56,120 nucleotides of DNA, taken from contig JAFGMN010000256.1 in NCBI GenBank assembly GCA_016927515.1, positions 1 to 56,120 of the forward strand, read 5' to 3'. Under the pieces are notes generated by a model that saw nothing but the letters and a program-made list of their open reading frames with translations, was not told where the DNA came from and did no database searches. This document shows, one piece after another, positions 48,801-56,120 of this stretch (the first letter of the stretch is position 1; every line of letters begins with the position of its first letter). Origin of the DNA: a candidate division CSSED10-310 bacterium. GTDB lineage: Bacteria > CSSED10-310. The position numbers and the translations under genes were made by a program.

Positions 48801-48836
48801 AATCAGCAATCCAATTAGACACGTCAGTTTTCTCAT
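45822..48836 (-). CDS. Secreted M14 carboxypeptidase-like protein (degenerate active site) with dockerin-like and cohesin-like C-terminal domains
   Basis: Colinear paralog of 43106-45655; HEARE, WIKN, GVALGHNY; GDVNADGEVTAGDAQ...ADCNGDSEVTAGDAQ; then a beta-sandwich V.V.I....IDAF..EL.YD...G.L...RIGG....G.IA.L.F. Confidence 0.82.
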   Translation of the reverse strand: MRKLTCLIGLLIGMGFGISVEASSRCVAEISLKDYQMVMKEHGPAIRDHVDRIGLDRERFSVDVLMTDDGRQILDEMGLSWTEVRSAEDVESNRDIDPQYYDYAEVMNVLNNLQTTYPSIVKRYELAVTAENRTVWAVKISDNVLVQEEEPEVLVLGLHEAREIMSTEIAMDMAIYLAENYGSNPDVTNWVNSWQIWIVPMLNPDGSAYCWSTDQYWIKNRRELGGDVFGVALGHNYDVDWGACFGSSSDPNSSGYRGTAPGSEPEIQGIMTLAQNHAFTAVISYHSFNELIMYPYGCWGESAPEAGILSSFAGSMGAVIQREDGGYGYDSGAWWQILYNNDGNETDYFYAGFGSLAMAVEVNASSYYPAYSIRNTTVTRNRAGWQNVLDLYETGPIVQGTITDACTGQPVQATYYFEEYPLTPKESPRQNNPVTGFYTAVGHAGTLNLIVEADGYLSRRVPVLFGTGPITYDIGLLPTDEPGLAVWAVVIEDQAGDNDGQLDPGETAYLNMAIWAPGAPVSGITGILSTTDPYITITDNSAAWVDLPSGGGAYCPANRFRVTAAAGTPEYHQAYLTVTFSCDQTLCDPEDTTFVRVFSINYMCPFWEQNFNADPGWEITSYPTSGSPPGPYNNWEFGEPQVGPDGAYTGLYVYGTGLAGNYDNNWTLCLTSPPIDCSNVTEVALKFAQYYEVENSYDHARVRIRSDGGSWVTILDEDGSSGGWQWRELDISAWADDEPQVELRFDVRADSSISQAGHYIDDVWICGLAEGAGQVQPTPTLPPTSTPSPTPTSTSGCLHHGDVNADGEVTAGDAQTTFLIALGAYTPTQVEFCAADCNGDSEVTAGDAQGVFLTALGSSSCLDPLPRIMGRGIRKELAAEERTVTVGSVRPNGNQWNVEVRISDNHKPIDAFLIELAYDASCLRLIDAYPGDLDPGWVEFDSQELPGNRLRIGGYSVGTPDQAGIPSGSHGIIAHLVFDSIAGFSTLNRETPRIQVMALFDDVQ

Positions 48837-48893
48837 ACTTTTCCCCTGGATAGACGACATTGACAGAGTGATTACCTCCACGGCGCCGAAACT

Positions 48894-48910
48894 TGCAAAA
48901 ACAATGCCGT
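48894..48910 (-). promoter_or_regulatory. Putative sigma54 (-24/-12) promoter
   Basis: acGGCAttgtttTTGCA: GG-N10-GC, about 58 nt upstream of ATG 48836. Confidence 0.6.
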
Positions 48911-49062
48911 ATCACCTCTCGTCCGCTGTTTCGACCCGGAACCACATTCATTGCCACCCGCCGCCATCTTGAACTCCTGTCGTATTCAGAATATGATCAT
49001 GCAACGTGCCCACGCTCAAATCAGCAGGGCAAAACGGTTCACGCCGGAAGGGGGAAACAATC

Positions 49063-50121
49063 ATGAAGCGTGGTATTCTAACATCATTTTGGATCGGTAC
49101 CGTCATGCTCGTCGGATGCAGGCAATCTTCGCCTTCCGTCCCCACGATGACAGAAACCTGGACACTCATCGGACCAAGCGGAATGTCAGAAATACGACAC
49201 CTGACAGTCCTTCCGGATTCCAACCGCCTGGTTGCATGCGGCGTCCCGGTTGTTTCGGAAACAGGATTACGCCTGTATGATATAGAAACGGAACAATGGA
49301 CGGTTCCACGTGACGGTCTTCCAGCAGATCAGACCGTGATTATGTCCACACGCCACGGTTCCGATCTCATCGCCGTTGTGTTTTCACGGGAAAACGGCAG
49401 CGGACGTCTCGCGGTCAGTCATGATGCCGGGATAACATGGCCGGATTCCATTCCCCTTCCAGAAGCCGCCGACCCGCGATGCCTGCTGATCCGTGAAGAT
49501 TCAAGCACATCCTGGATTCTGGGAACCGTTAACACCGGACTGTATCTATCCGACGACCTCGGCACGACGTGGACCCAACCGGACACACCACCAGATAATC
49601 CCGGAATTCAATGCATCATCGCCGATCCCAGCCACCCCGATCATCTCCTCACCGGCACCCGAATCGGAATCTGGGAAAGCAATGATAGTGGTAAAAACTG
49701 GATCGAAATCACCAGCCGACTCGTGCAAAACCCGGTGTTCATCGTGGATATCGTCGCCCATCCGCGGAAAACCGGCTGTTTTTTGAGTATTTTCCGCTCC
49801 GAAACCGGAACCGCTTCGGTCATGATTACGTTGGACGGAGCTGCAACCTGGACATCGGTTCAAAATGGTCTGTATGCAGACTCGCAACCTCGATGTATCG
49901 CATTTCATCCAACCCGCGAATCCCGCCTGTTCATGGGTACTGTGTACGACGGTGTTTACGCCAGCGATGACCTCGGTACGCAATGGTATCCCATCAATTC
50001 CGGACTTCCGATGAACAAACCCATCATCGTTCACAGTCTGAACTGCACGGGTGACGCCACTGCTGTCCTACGGGCTGGAACCAACCTCGACGGTCACGCT
50101 TTTCAATTGATCAATCAGTGA
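49063..50121 (+). CDS. BNR/Asp-box beta-propeller lipoprotein
   Basis: Lipobox LVGC; repeated S.D.G.TW motifs (SHDAGITW, SDDLGTTW, SNDSGKNW, TLDGAATW, SDDLGTQW). Confidence 0.8.
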   Translation: MKRGILTSFWIGTVMLVGCRQSSPSVPTMTETWTLIGPSGMSEIRHLTVLPDSNRLVACGVPVVSETGLRLYDIETEQWTVPRDGLPADQTVIMSTRHGSDLIAVVFSRENGSGRLAVSHDAGITWPDSIPLPEAADPRCLLIREDSSTSWILGTVNTGLYLSDDLGTTWTQPDTPPDNPGIQCIIADPSHPDHLLTGTRIGIWESNDSGKNWIEITSRLVQNPVFIVDIVAHPRKTGCFLSIFRSETGTASVMITLDGAATWTSVQNGLYADSQPRCIAFHPTRESRLFMGTVYDGVYASDDLGTQWYPINSGLPMNKPIIVHSLNCTGDATAVLRAGTNLDGHAFQLINQ

Positions 50122-50123
50122 AA

Positions 50124-50984
50124 TCATTCCGATTCGCTGGACATTTCCGCCGCATGATATGAGGACCGCACGAGAGGTCCCGATGCAACATGGGTGAACC
50201 CCATGCGCCGGGCTTCTTCGCCAAGCGATTCGAATTCGACAGGTTCCAGATATCGCACGACCGGGACATGGTGTGCCGAGGGCTGGAGGTATTGACCGAT
50301 GGTCAACCGTCCCACACCCGCTGCGCGCAAATCGGTAAAGACCGACATGAGTTCGTCCCATGTCTCCCCCATTCCAACCATCAACCCGCTTTTCGTTCGG
50401 TGTTCACCCAGGCGATTGGACGCGGATCGAAGCACCGCAAGCGATTGATGGTAATTCGCTTCCGGCCGAACCCGGGAATACAACCCAGGCACTGTTTCGA
50501 TGTTATGATTCAACACTTCCGGTGAGGCATCCAAAACACAGTCAAGTGCAGCCTGATCACCGGCAAAATCCGGAATCAACACCTCCACGCGGATCCCGGA
50601 ACCGATGCTTTTGATTTCCCGGATCACAGCGGCAAACATCGACGCACCGCCATCCGGCAGGTCATCCCGGGTAACGCTGGTAACGACAACATAGTGCAAT
50701 CCGAGTGTTTCGACCGCAACCCGCACACGCCGAGGCTCTGTCGGATCCGGTGGCTCCGGATTTCCGCTCTGGACAGCACAGAATCGGCAGTTTCTGGAAC
50801 AGCGATCTCCCAAAATCATGAATGTCGCGGTACCACAGCTCCAACATTCCCCCAGATTCGGGCAATGCGCTTCACTGCATACCGTATGCAGACCCTGCGC
50901 CGCCAGCGTGCGGCGGACCTCCCGATAGTGTTCCCCGCTTCCCAAAGGAACCTTGAACCAATCCGGTAACCGTTTCCCTCGCAT
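50124..50984 (-). CDS. lipA: Lipoyl synthase
   Basis: CSEAHCPNLGEC (CX4CX5C), CSRNCRFC, TSVTRDDLPDGG, VRSSY. Confidence 0.96.
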   Translation of the reverse strand: MRGKRLPDWFKVPLGSGEHYREVRRTLAAQGLHTVCSEAHCPNLGECWSCGTATFMILGDRCSRNCRFCAVQSGNPEPPDPTEPRRVRVAVETLGLHYVVVTSVTRDDLPDGGASMFAAVIREIKSIGSGIRVEVLIPDFAGDQAALDCVLDASPEVLNHNIETVPGLYSRVRPEANYHQSLAVLRSASNRLGEHRTKSGLMVGMGETWDELMSVFTDLRAAGVGRLTIGQYLQPSAHHVPVVRYLEPVEFESLGEEARRMGFTHVASGPLVRSSYHAAEMSSESE

Positions 50985-50999
50985 CGCTCCGCCCTTTCC

Positions 51000-53042
51000 C
51001 TATAGATGATCCAGTGCCGATAAATCCTCGATCACCCGGTCCACCATGGTTTCGATCTCCGGCCGCAGTGCATCGATCCGGATCCGGAATACCGACCGGG
51101 CATTATCGAGCATTTCCCGGTGGAGTTGGATGCGAAGTTTCTCAACCATCCGGTCCAACCGATGATCGGAATACAGAACCGAAGCCATCCACGCCGGTAC
51201 CGCCAATCTGCTCACCGTGCGTTGGATCGGTCCCTCCAGGATCTTAAAACCCAGAAACGAGAACAACACACCCACAACCGCTCCAACAACCAATCCCGGC
51301 AGACCCGTGCTCAACAAAGCGACTCCGCCACCCCCCAGCAGAGCACCCCCTCCCCACATCATCATCAAATGACTGATGTTTCGAACCAGATCGAATAAAG
51401 GATCATCCAGTGAAAACAAGGACTGCCCGGGACTGGATACGCCCAAATCCTGCACATAATGCCGATCGCCGGACCAGTGTCGCATCCCGTTCCGCCGGAA
51501 CCATTCGGCGAGCACATCGATGATTTCATCATTCACCGCTGCCAGCACTTCCTGCTCCCGGCTCTGGATGATAGATTCACATTCCCGGCTGCGCTCCCCC
51601 AACATCTCCCCGATCCGCGTTTGCAGGCTCGCCAAGGTACCCCCCTCGCGGCTGAAATCCGTCAGGATCCGGCGCATGGCATCGTCAACGACCAAAGCCA
51701 CGATTTCCGTCGCCATGTCCGAAGCGAAACTCTCCGCTAACTCCCCGATGCGAGACACAATTTCCGCTATTTTTTCATTTCGCTGCGCCGTGATCGCCCT
51801 CCGGGCTTTGCTATGGATCGTTTGGATCACCGGCAACAGGGCAATCCCCTCGCCAATGGCCGTCATCGGATTTGCGCTATAGAAAATGCGTTCCCGGGCA
51901 ATATGCAACTGCTGTTCGATGCAATCCCGGACAAACGGCCATGCGCTGGAGCCTCCGGTGAGTATCACATAGTGAATATCCTGATCCGGGACGGACTGGG
52001 TCCGAAGTCCATCCATGACCACATTCGAAAACCACTGAATGAGGTCGTATCGACCCGTTCGATCATTCCGGAATGCCCTCGGGTGGGCGTGCAGAATGGT
52101 GCGAAGCGATTCAGAAGGAGAATACGCCCGGGCCCGTTCCACGAACTGCGGCCATGTCACGCGATCGAGGCCACCGTAATATGTTTGGGCGACTGAGACA
52201 TGATGTGAAAAGACGCTGTCCCGGTTCCGGTTCATCGTAATGGAGAACCGTTCTTTCATTTCACGGCACCGGATCCAATGGACAAAATACTCATCCCGTG
52301 AAGACTCAAGCGGGTTTCGGGCATCTGGATTCAATTCAATAAACCATTGATAAAAGAGGTCGTCGAACAGCCTGCCACCCAGTTGGGGATCTCCCCATGC
52401 CGCCTGAACCTCCAGACGGGACATGAACGCGATATCACACGTTCCTCCGCCGAAATCGACGACGAGCAACCCGCGCCGGGCATCTCCGGGAGACAGGTCC
52501 TGCCGCGTCGCCACATGCGTGATCAAAGCGCCAACCGGCTCCGGCGTCGTACGAACGGCACCCAGATTCATAGCTTCCACGATCTCCCGCAAACTGGATT
52601 CAAACCCCTCCGTCGGCATGGCCGGAACACCAATGATGATAGACAGATTATCCCTGGCATCCGGCGGAATCACGCCCTGGCATTGCATGTCGTCTAACAA
52701 CGCAGCCCAAAACGCCCGGGCATCGCTCCGTGCGGTCTCAGACCAACCGATATCCGGCTTGAACATCGTGCTGATCCGGCAGTTCTTCCGTTCATCAATG
52801 GACCGCAAACCCCATTCTTCAACAGCCCGATCACCAAAAGCCAGCAGCCGTTCGGTACCATCCGGAGCTAATTCCCACAATACCGATGTTGAAATCGATG
52901 TTTTTCCATCGAACATGACAGGCGTTGCACTGATGTATCCGTCAGCCGTTAAACAACAATATGAGTTGCTTGTGCCGAAATCGATGCCGAAATAATGCCT
53001 GTCTCGCTCTTTTCTTGCTTTGGATAGTGTTATTCCCGCCAT
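51000..53042 (-). CDS. Atypical Hsp70-family protein: actin-like ATPase domain plus helical stalk with Gly-rich hydrophobic hairpin
   Basis: GIDFGTSNS, GVPA, EPVGA, VVDFGGGTCD, LGG..FD, LTGGSS, AIGEG; no beta substrate-binding domain seen. Confidence 0.8.
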   Translation of the reverse strand: MAGITLSKARKERDRHYFGIDFGTSNSYCCLTADGYISATPVMFDGKTSISTSVLWELAPDGTERLLAFGDRAVEEWGLRSIDERKNCRISTMFKPDIGWSETARSDARAFWAALLDDMQCQGVIPPDARDNLSIIIGVPAMPTEGFESSLREIVEAMNLGAVRTTPEPVGALITHVATRQDLSPGDARRGLLVVDFGGGTCDIAFMSRLEVQAAWGDPQLGGRLFDDLFYQWFIELNPDARNPLESSRDEYFVHWIRCREMKERFSITMNRNRDSVFSHHVSVAQTYYGGLDRVTWPQFVERARAYSPSESLRTILHAHPRAFRNDRTGRYDLIQWFSNVVMDGLRTQSVPDQDIHYVILTGGSSAWPFVRDCIEQQLHIARERIFYSANPMTAIGEGIALLPVIQTIHSKARRAITAQRNEKIAEIVSRIGELAESFASDMATEIVALVVDDAMRRILTDFSREGGTLASLQTRIGEMLGERSRECESIIQSREQEVLAAVNDEIIDVLAEWFRRNGMRHWSGDRHYVQDLGVSSPGQSLFSLDDPLFDLVRNISHLMMMWGGGALLGGGGVALLSTGLPGLVVGAVVGVLFSFLGFKILEGPIQRTVSRLAVPAWMASVLYSDHRLDRMVEKLRIQLHREMLDNARSVFRIRIDALRPEIETMVDRVIEDLSALDHL

Positions 53043-54007
53043 TTCGTCACCCGTCCTTTGCGGCGCACACGTCCGTTCTGAATCACCGGTAACTGCAATA
53101 CACGGCACATATCTCCGGCCTGAACGATGCCCACCACATCGAACCGATCCGCCAATCCCTCCCGCCAGACCAGGCGGTCCGCTTCCTGCGTGATATCGTA
53201 TCCCGCATTGCAGAATTCCTGGATCACCTCTTCAGTCAATGCCTTCCGGGTTTCTACCGGAGCCTGAATCAACTTCATCAGGGCGTTGAGCAGACCGATC
53301 GGCATATGATCCGGTTCCTTCACGTTTTCACTCCGGTCCACCGGAACCAGCCGTGTCGTCACCAGTGCCAGAAGCAAAACCACGTGCAGATGCGAGTCGA
53401 TAACTGCCCGTAGAATGACGCGGAGTTGTTTTTCATCGAGATCATCGATGGATCGACTGCGAGCGAATCCGGGAAGCAGCGCGCGTTGACGAGCAAGCCA
53501 CCGAACGGTGTAAACCCCGGCGAGTGCGCCGAGCGGCGCGGTGAATGCGTTCATTGCCAGCGCTGGTGTTGCCTCCATTTTCAGCATGTGAACCAACAAC
53601 GTGCCGATCAACGCTCCGAGACCGCTCCCGATTGCCCAGATCGGTGCTGGTGTCTCCCGGTGAATCCGGGGAACCGGGATAACAGGATCCGGAGCGATTT
53701 TGCGCAATGTGTATGCAAACCGCAACCTCCATTCCCGCCGGATGCTGTCGGCTACCGCTGGACCCAACGGTTCGATCGTCCGGAGGATATCGTCCCCGGT
53801 TATCCTGTCGAGCACGAGATTTCCGATCATCCGTCCCGTTTCGGCGAGAATGGCATCCGTTCCGCCGCGATGAGTCGCGAGATAATCAATGGCTTTTCCG
53901 GTAAATTCAGTTGCCATGTCGCGGAACAAGGGTTCCATTGTATGGGAAACGTCATGAAACCGATGAACGATGATACGGGCCGAATCCGGTGATGCTGAAG
54001 CATTCAT
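53030..54007 (-). CDS. Membrane protein with two Gly-rich hydrophobic helices and a GrpE-like C-terminal tail
   Basis: IWAIGSGLGALIGTLLV, AFTAPLGALAGVYTV; C-terminus FDVVG.VQAGD.CRVLQLPVIQNGRVRRKGRV. Confidence 0.6.
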   Translation of the reverse strand: MNASASPDSARIIVHRFHDVSHTMEPLFRDMATEFTGKAIDYLATHRGGTDAILAETGRMIGNLVLDRITGDDILRTIEPLGPAVADSIRREWRLRFAYTLRKIAPDPVIPVPRIHRETPAPIWAIGSGLGALIGTLLVHMLKMEATPALAMNAFTAPLGALAGVYTVRWLARQRALLPGFARSRSIDDLDEKQLRVILRAVIDSHLHVVLLLALVTTRLVPVDRSENVKEPDHMPIGLLNALMKLIQAPVETRKALTEEVIQEFCNAGYDITQEADRLVWREGLADRFDVVGIVQAGDMCRVLQLPVIQNGRVRRKGRVTKWRE

Positions 54008-54231
54008 TTCCGGGGAGATTCCTTTCTATCCAGCCGGTGCCGGTCTCGATGAAATCCAGTCCTGATTGTAATGGTCCCATTCCCGGCTTTCAAATGGCTG
54101 ATTCGGTGGTGATGGGGAGCACGTGGCAGATGCCTTGTGGTGAGCCATGTTGAGGAGAGGGGAGGAGGGTGTGCTGGAGGGAGTTGGGGTGGTATGGGTG
54201 ATCATGTATACTGTTTTCAGGAGGATCGGGG

Positions 54232-54726
54232 ATGGGAGATCTCAAAGATCAATTGTTGAAAGCCGGGTTAATCGACAAAACCCAGGCGCGGGACGTCCGG
54301 CGGGAACAGCGCCGGGAGCGGCAGGAAAAAGGAGTGCGCGCACTGGAAAACGCTGCGCGGGAAAAGGAAGCTGAATTCCGGAATCTTCGGGAGATGGAAG
54401 CCCGGCAGGAAAGGGAACGGGCACGACGGCAACGGGAAGTGGAAGAAGCGGATGAACGCGTGGCGCAACTGGATCAGGTGATCGAAAACGGACGTGTCTT
54501 TCGCGATGTGTCGGGATCCGTTAAATTCTATTTTATTGCCCGGTCGGGTGTTATTCCATGCCTTGAAGTATCCAGTGGAGCAGCCGATGCGTTGAGGAAC
54601 GGGACCCTGGCCATTGTAGAAAAACCGTCGTCTACGGGGAAACAATTCGTCTTGGTGAACCGTGAAAGCGCTCTCCGGATAAAGCAGGACGCACCGGAAC
54701 GTATCCGTTTTTTCCAAGCTGGATGA
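54232..54726 (+). CDS. DUF2058 (YaiL-like) family protein
   Basis: MGDLKDQLLKAGLIDK, charged coiled coil, L..G.LAIV; AGGAGG RBS. Confidence 0.75.
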   Translation: MGDLKDQLLKAGLIDKTQARDVRREQRRERQEKGVRALENAAREKEAEFRNLREMEARQERERARRQREVEEADERVAQLDQVIENGRVFRDVSGSVKFYFIARSGVIPCLEVSSGAADALRNGTLAIVEKPSSTGKQFVLVNRESALRIKQDAPERIRFFQAG

Positions 54727-54773
54727 AACAAAAGGAACAGTCGCAGCGTAGTACGCCATGGAGGTGCCGAAGA

Positions 54774-55460
54774 ATGAAACGACAGGGTTGGCTGATCGGT
54801 CTGATCATCATGACGGGAATCACGGTGTTCGCAGCAAGCGAATCAAACGATCCGGAGCGCATTGATCGAACATACAAGGTGTTTAGTTCGAGTCTTGACA
54901 AGCTGCTGCTGGAAACGCCGCATGTGTATATCCGTTCAGACCATAAAACGATGTGCTTTTTTCTTCCTCATTTCGGAGCTGTTTTTACTGCGAATGTGAG
55001 TATCACGCAAAGCGCCAGTTTGCCTGAAATCGTCAACATGTGGTCTCAATGGTTCAATAATGAAGACGGGCCGATCATTATCAACACGAAAAAGAAACAG
55101 AAGGAAACGCCGGTTCCGGATGCCGGTGAACCGGGTTCCGAGCCGACCCCGTGTATCGAATCGGACAAGATGAAAGACATTCAGAAAGACGATCAAAAGC
55201 GAGTGGAAGTGATGCAAACCAGCGTCACTGCATTCAAAATGGAAGTGATGGAGGTCATTCTGGATTTCAGTTCGATACTGCAGGGTCTCGATTCCAATGA
55301 TCGACTGGCGCTGATCTTCCACGTGGCAGATGAGGCATTTTTTGACCTGTACCACACCCGATCGCTGCAGGTTCAGATTCCGATCGACACGCTGCGGGAT
55401 CTTGGCAGCAAGCGAGTCGACGATCAAGAGGTGATCAAAGCCTTCCAGTGGAACATCTGA
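54774..55460 (+). CDS. Secreted hypothetical protein
   Basis: GGAGG RBS, signal peptide MKRQGWLIGLIIMTGITVFA. Confidence 0.65.
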   Translation: MKRQGWLIGLIIMTGITVFAASESNDPERIDRTYKVFSSSLDKLLLETPHVYIRSDHKTMCFFLPHFGAVFTANVSITQSASLPEIVNMWSQWFNNEDGPIIINTKKKQKETPVPDAGEPGSEPTPCIESDKMKDIQKDDQKRVEVMQTSVTAFKMEVMEVILDFSSILQGLDSNDRLALIFHVADEAFFDLYHTRSLQVQIPIDTLRDLGSKRVDDQEVIKAFQWNI

Positions 55461-55478
55461 TCGTCTCCGCGGATCCGG

Positions 55479-56120
55479 TCACCTTTCGAAATGCAGATCG
55501 CTGATATTCAGCGCATCTTTCCTCGACAACTTGAGTCGACCGTTATCGACCCCGATAACCTTGACCGGAATCGTGTCTCCGGAACGAACGATTCGGTTGG
55601 GATCCTCAACATGGCTGGTATCGAGATCAGATACGTGAACAAGTCCCTCGGTATTAGGTAGGATCTCGACAAACACACCGAATGGTTTTATGGATTTGAC
55701 CACACCGCGATAAAATCCGTTGAGCCGTGGTTCCCGGCACAGCCATTCGACCCGGTTCCGAGCTTCTTGGCCCTGTTCCCGATTTCGGGCAAAAATACGC
55801 ACGCGTCCGTCTTCGGCGATATCGATGGTAGAATCTGTTGCCGCCTGAATCTCCTTGATCGTTTTGCCACCCGGACCGATGATCAGACCGATCTTGTTTT
55901 CGCGGATCATGAATTGCTCAATCCGGGGTGCATGCGATTTCAGCTCTTTTCTCGGACCGGTGCAGATCGTATCCATTCTGTCCAGGATATGATTCAATCC
56001 TTTCCGCGCCTGCTCCAATGCCTGACTGAGTATCGGACGCGGAAGATGACCGAGCTTATTGTCCAGTTGAATCGCCGTGACACCTGAGCGCGTTCCCGTC
56101 ACCTTGAAATCCATATCCCC
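55479..56120 (-). CDS. pnp: Polyribonucleotide nucleotidyltransferase, C-terminal part (5' end outside the window)
   Basis: GDMDFKVTGT..GVTA.Q.D, KH domain IIGPGGKTIK, S1 domain FGVFVEI...EGLVHVS. Confidence 0.93.
   Translation of the reverse strand, partial: GDMDFKVTGTRSGVTAIQLDNKLGHLPRPILSQALEQARKGLNHILDRMDTICTGPRKELKSHAPRIEQFMIRENKIGLIIGPGGKTIKEIQAATDSTIDIAEDGRVRIFARNREQGQEARNRVEWLCREPRLNGFYRGVVKSIKPFGVFVEILPNTEGLVHVSDLDTSHVEDPNRIVRSGDTIPVKVIGVDNGRLKLSRKDALNISDLHFER

Noticed and set aside
48996-49012. TGGGCACG motif as another sigma54 site on the minus strand
   Set aside because: The -12 position reads GA rather than GC at the required GG-N10 spacing.
1-56120. CRISPR array, tRNA/rRNA, IS, integrase or prophage
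   Set aside because: No regularly spaced repeats, cloverleaf or rRNA-like tracts, and no transposase, integrase or phage ORFs were recognised. Intergenic gaps are short.

Overview
A gene-dense (~45 CDS) chromosomal window of a diderm bacterium (LptD, lipoproteins), probably anaerobic or facultative (B12-dependent NrdJ, several radical SAM enzymes). I saw no rRNA, tRNA, CRISPR array or mobile element. Most genes are housekeeping: nrdJ, pyrK, rlpA, lptD, accD, trxA, malQ, tal, alr, greA, fbp, thyX, lipA and a partial pnp. The most unusual loci are: (1) an overlapping gene pair at 51000-54007 encoding an Hsp70 ATPase domain with no substrate-binding domain, fused to a helical stalk with a Gly-rich membrane hairpin, plus a membrane protein with a GrpE-like tail; (2) two tandem secreted M14 carboxypeptidase paralogs with dockerin-like tails and sigma54-type promoters, the upstream one also carrying a cohesin-like domain and a degenerate active site (a possible cellulosome-like peptidase complex); (3) a duplicated small secreted protein whose copies share an ECF-type promoter, one copy interrupted by an in-frame TAG; (4) a NifS-Lpl-LipS1-LipS2 lipoate assembly operon coexisting with canonical lipA; (5) a candidate ~100-nt stand-alone sRNA with anti-Shine-Dalgarno motifs. 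All calls come from motif recognition by eye and no searches were run. Several start codons were moved from the ORF track using RBS and gene-overlap evidence.
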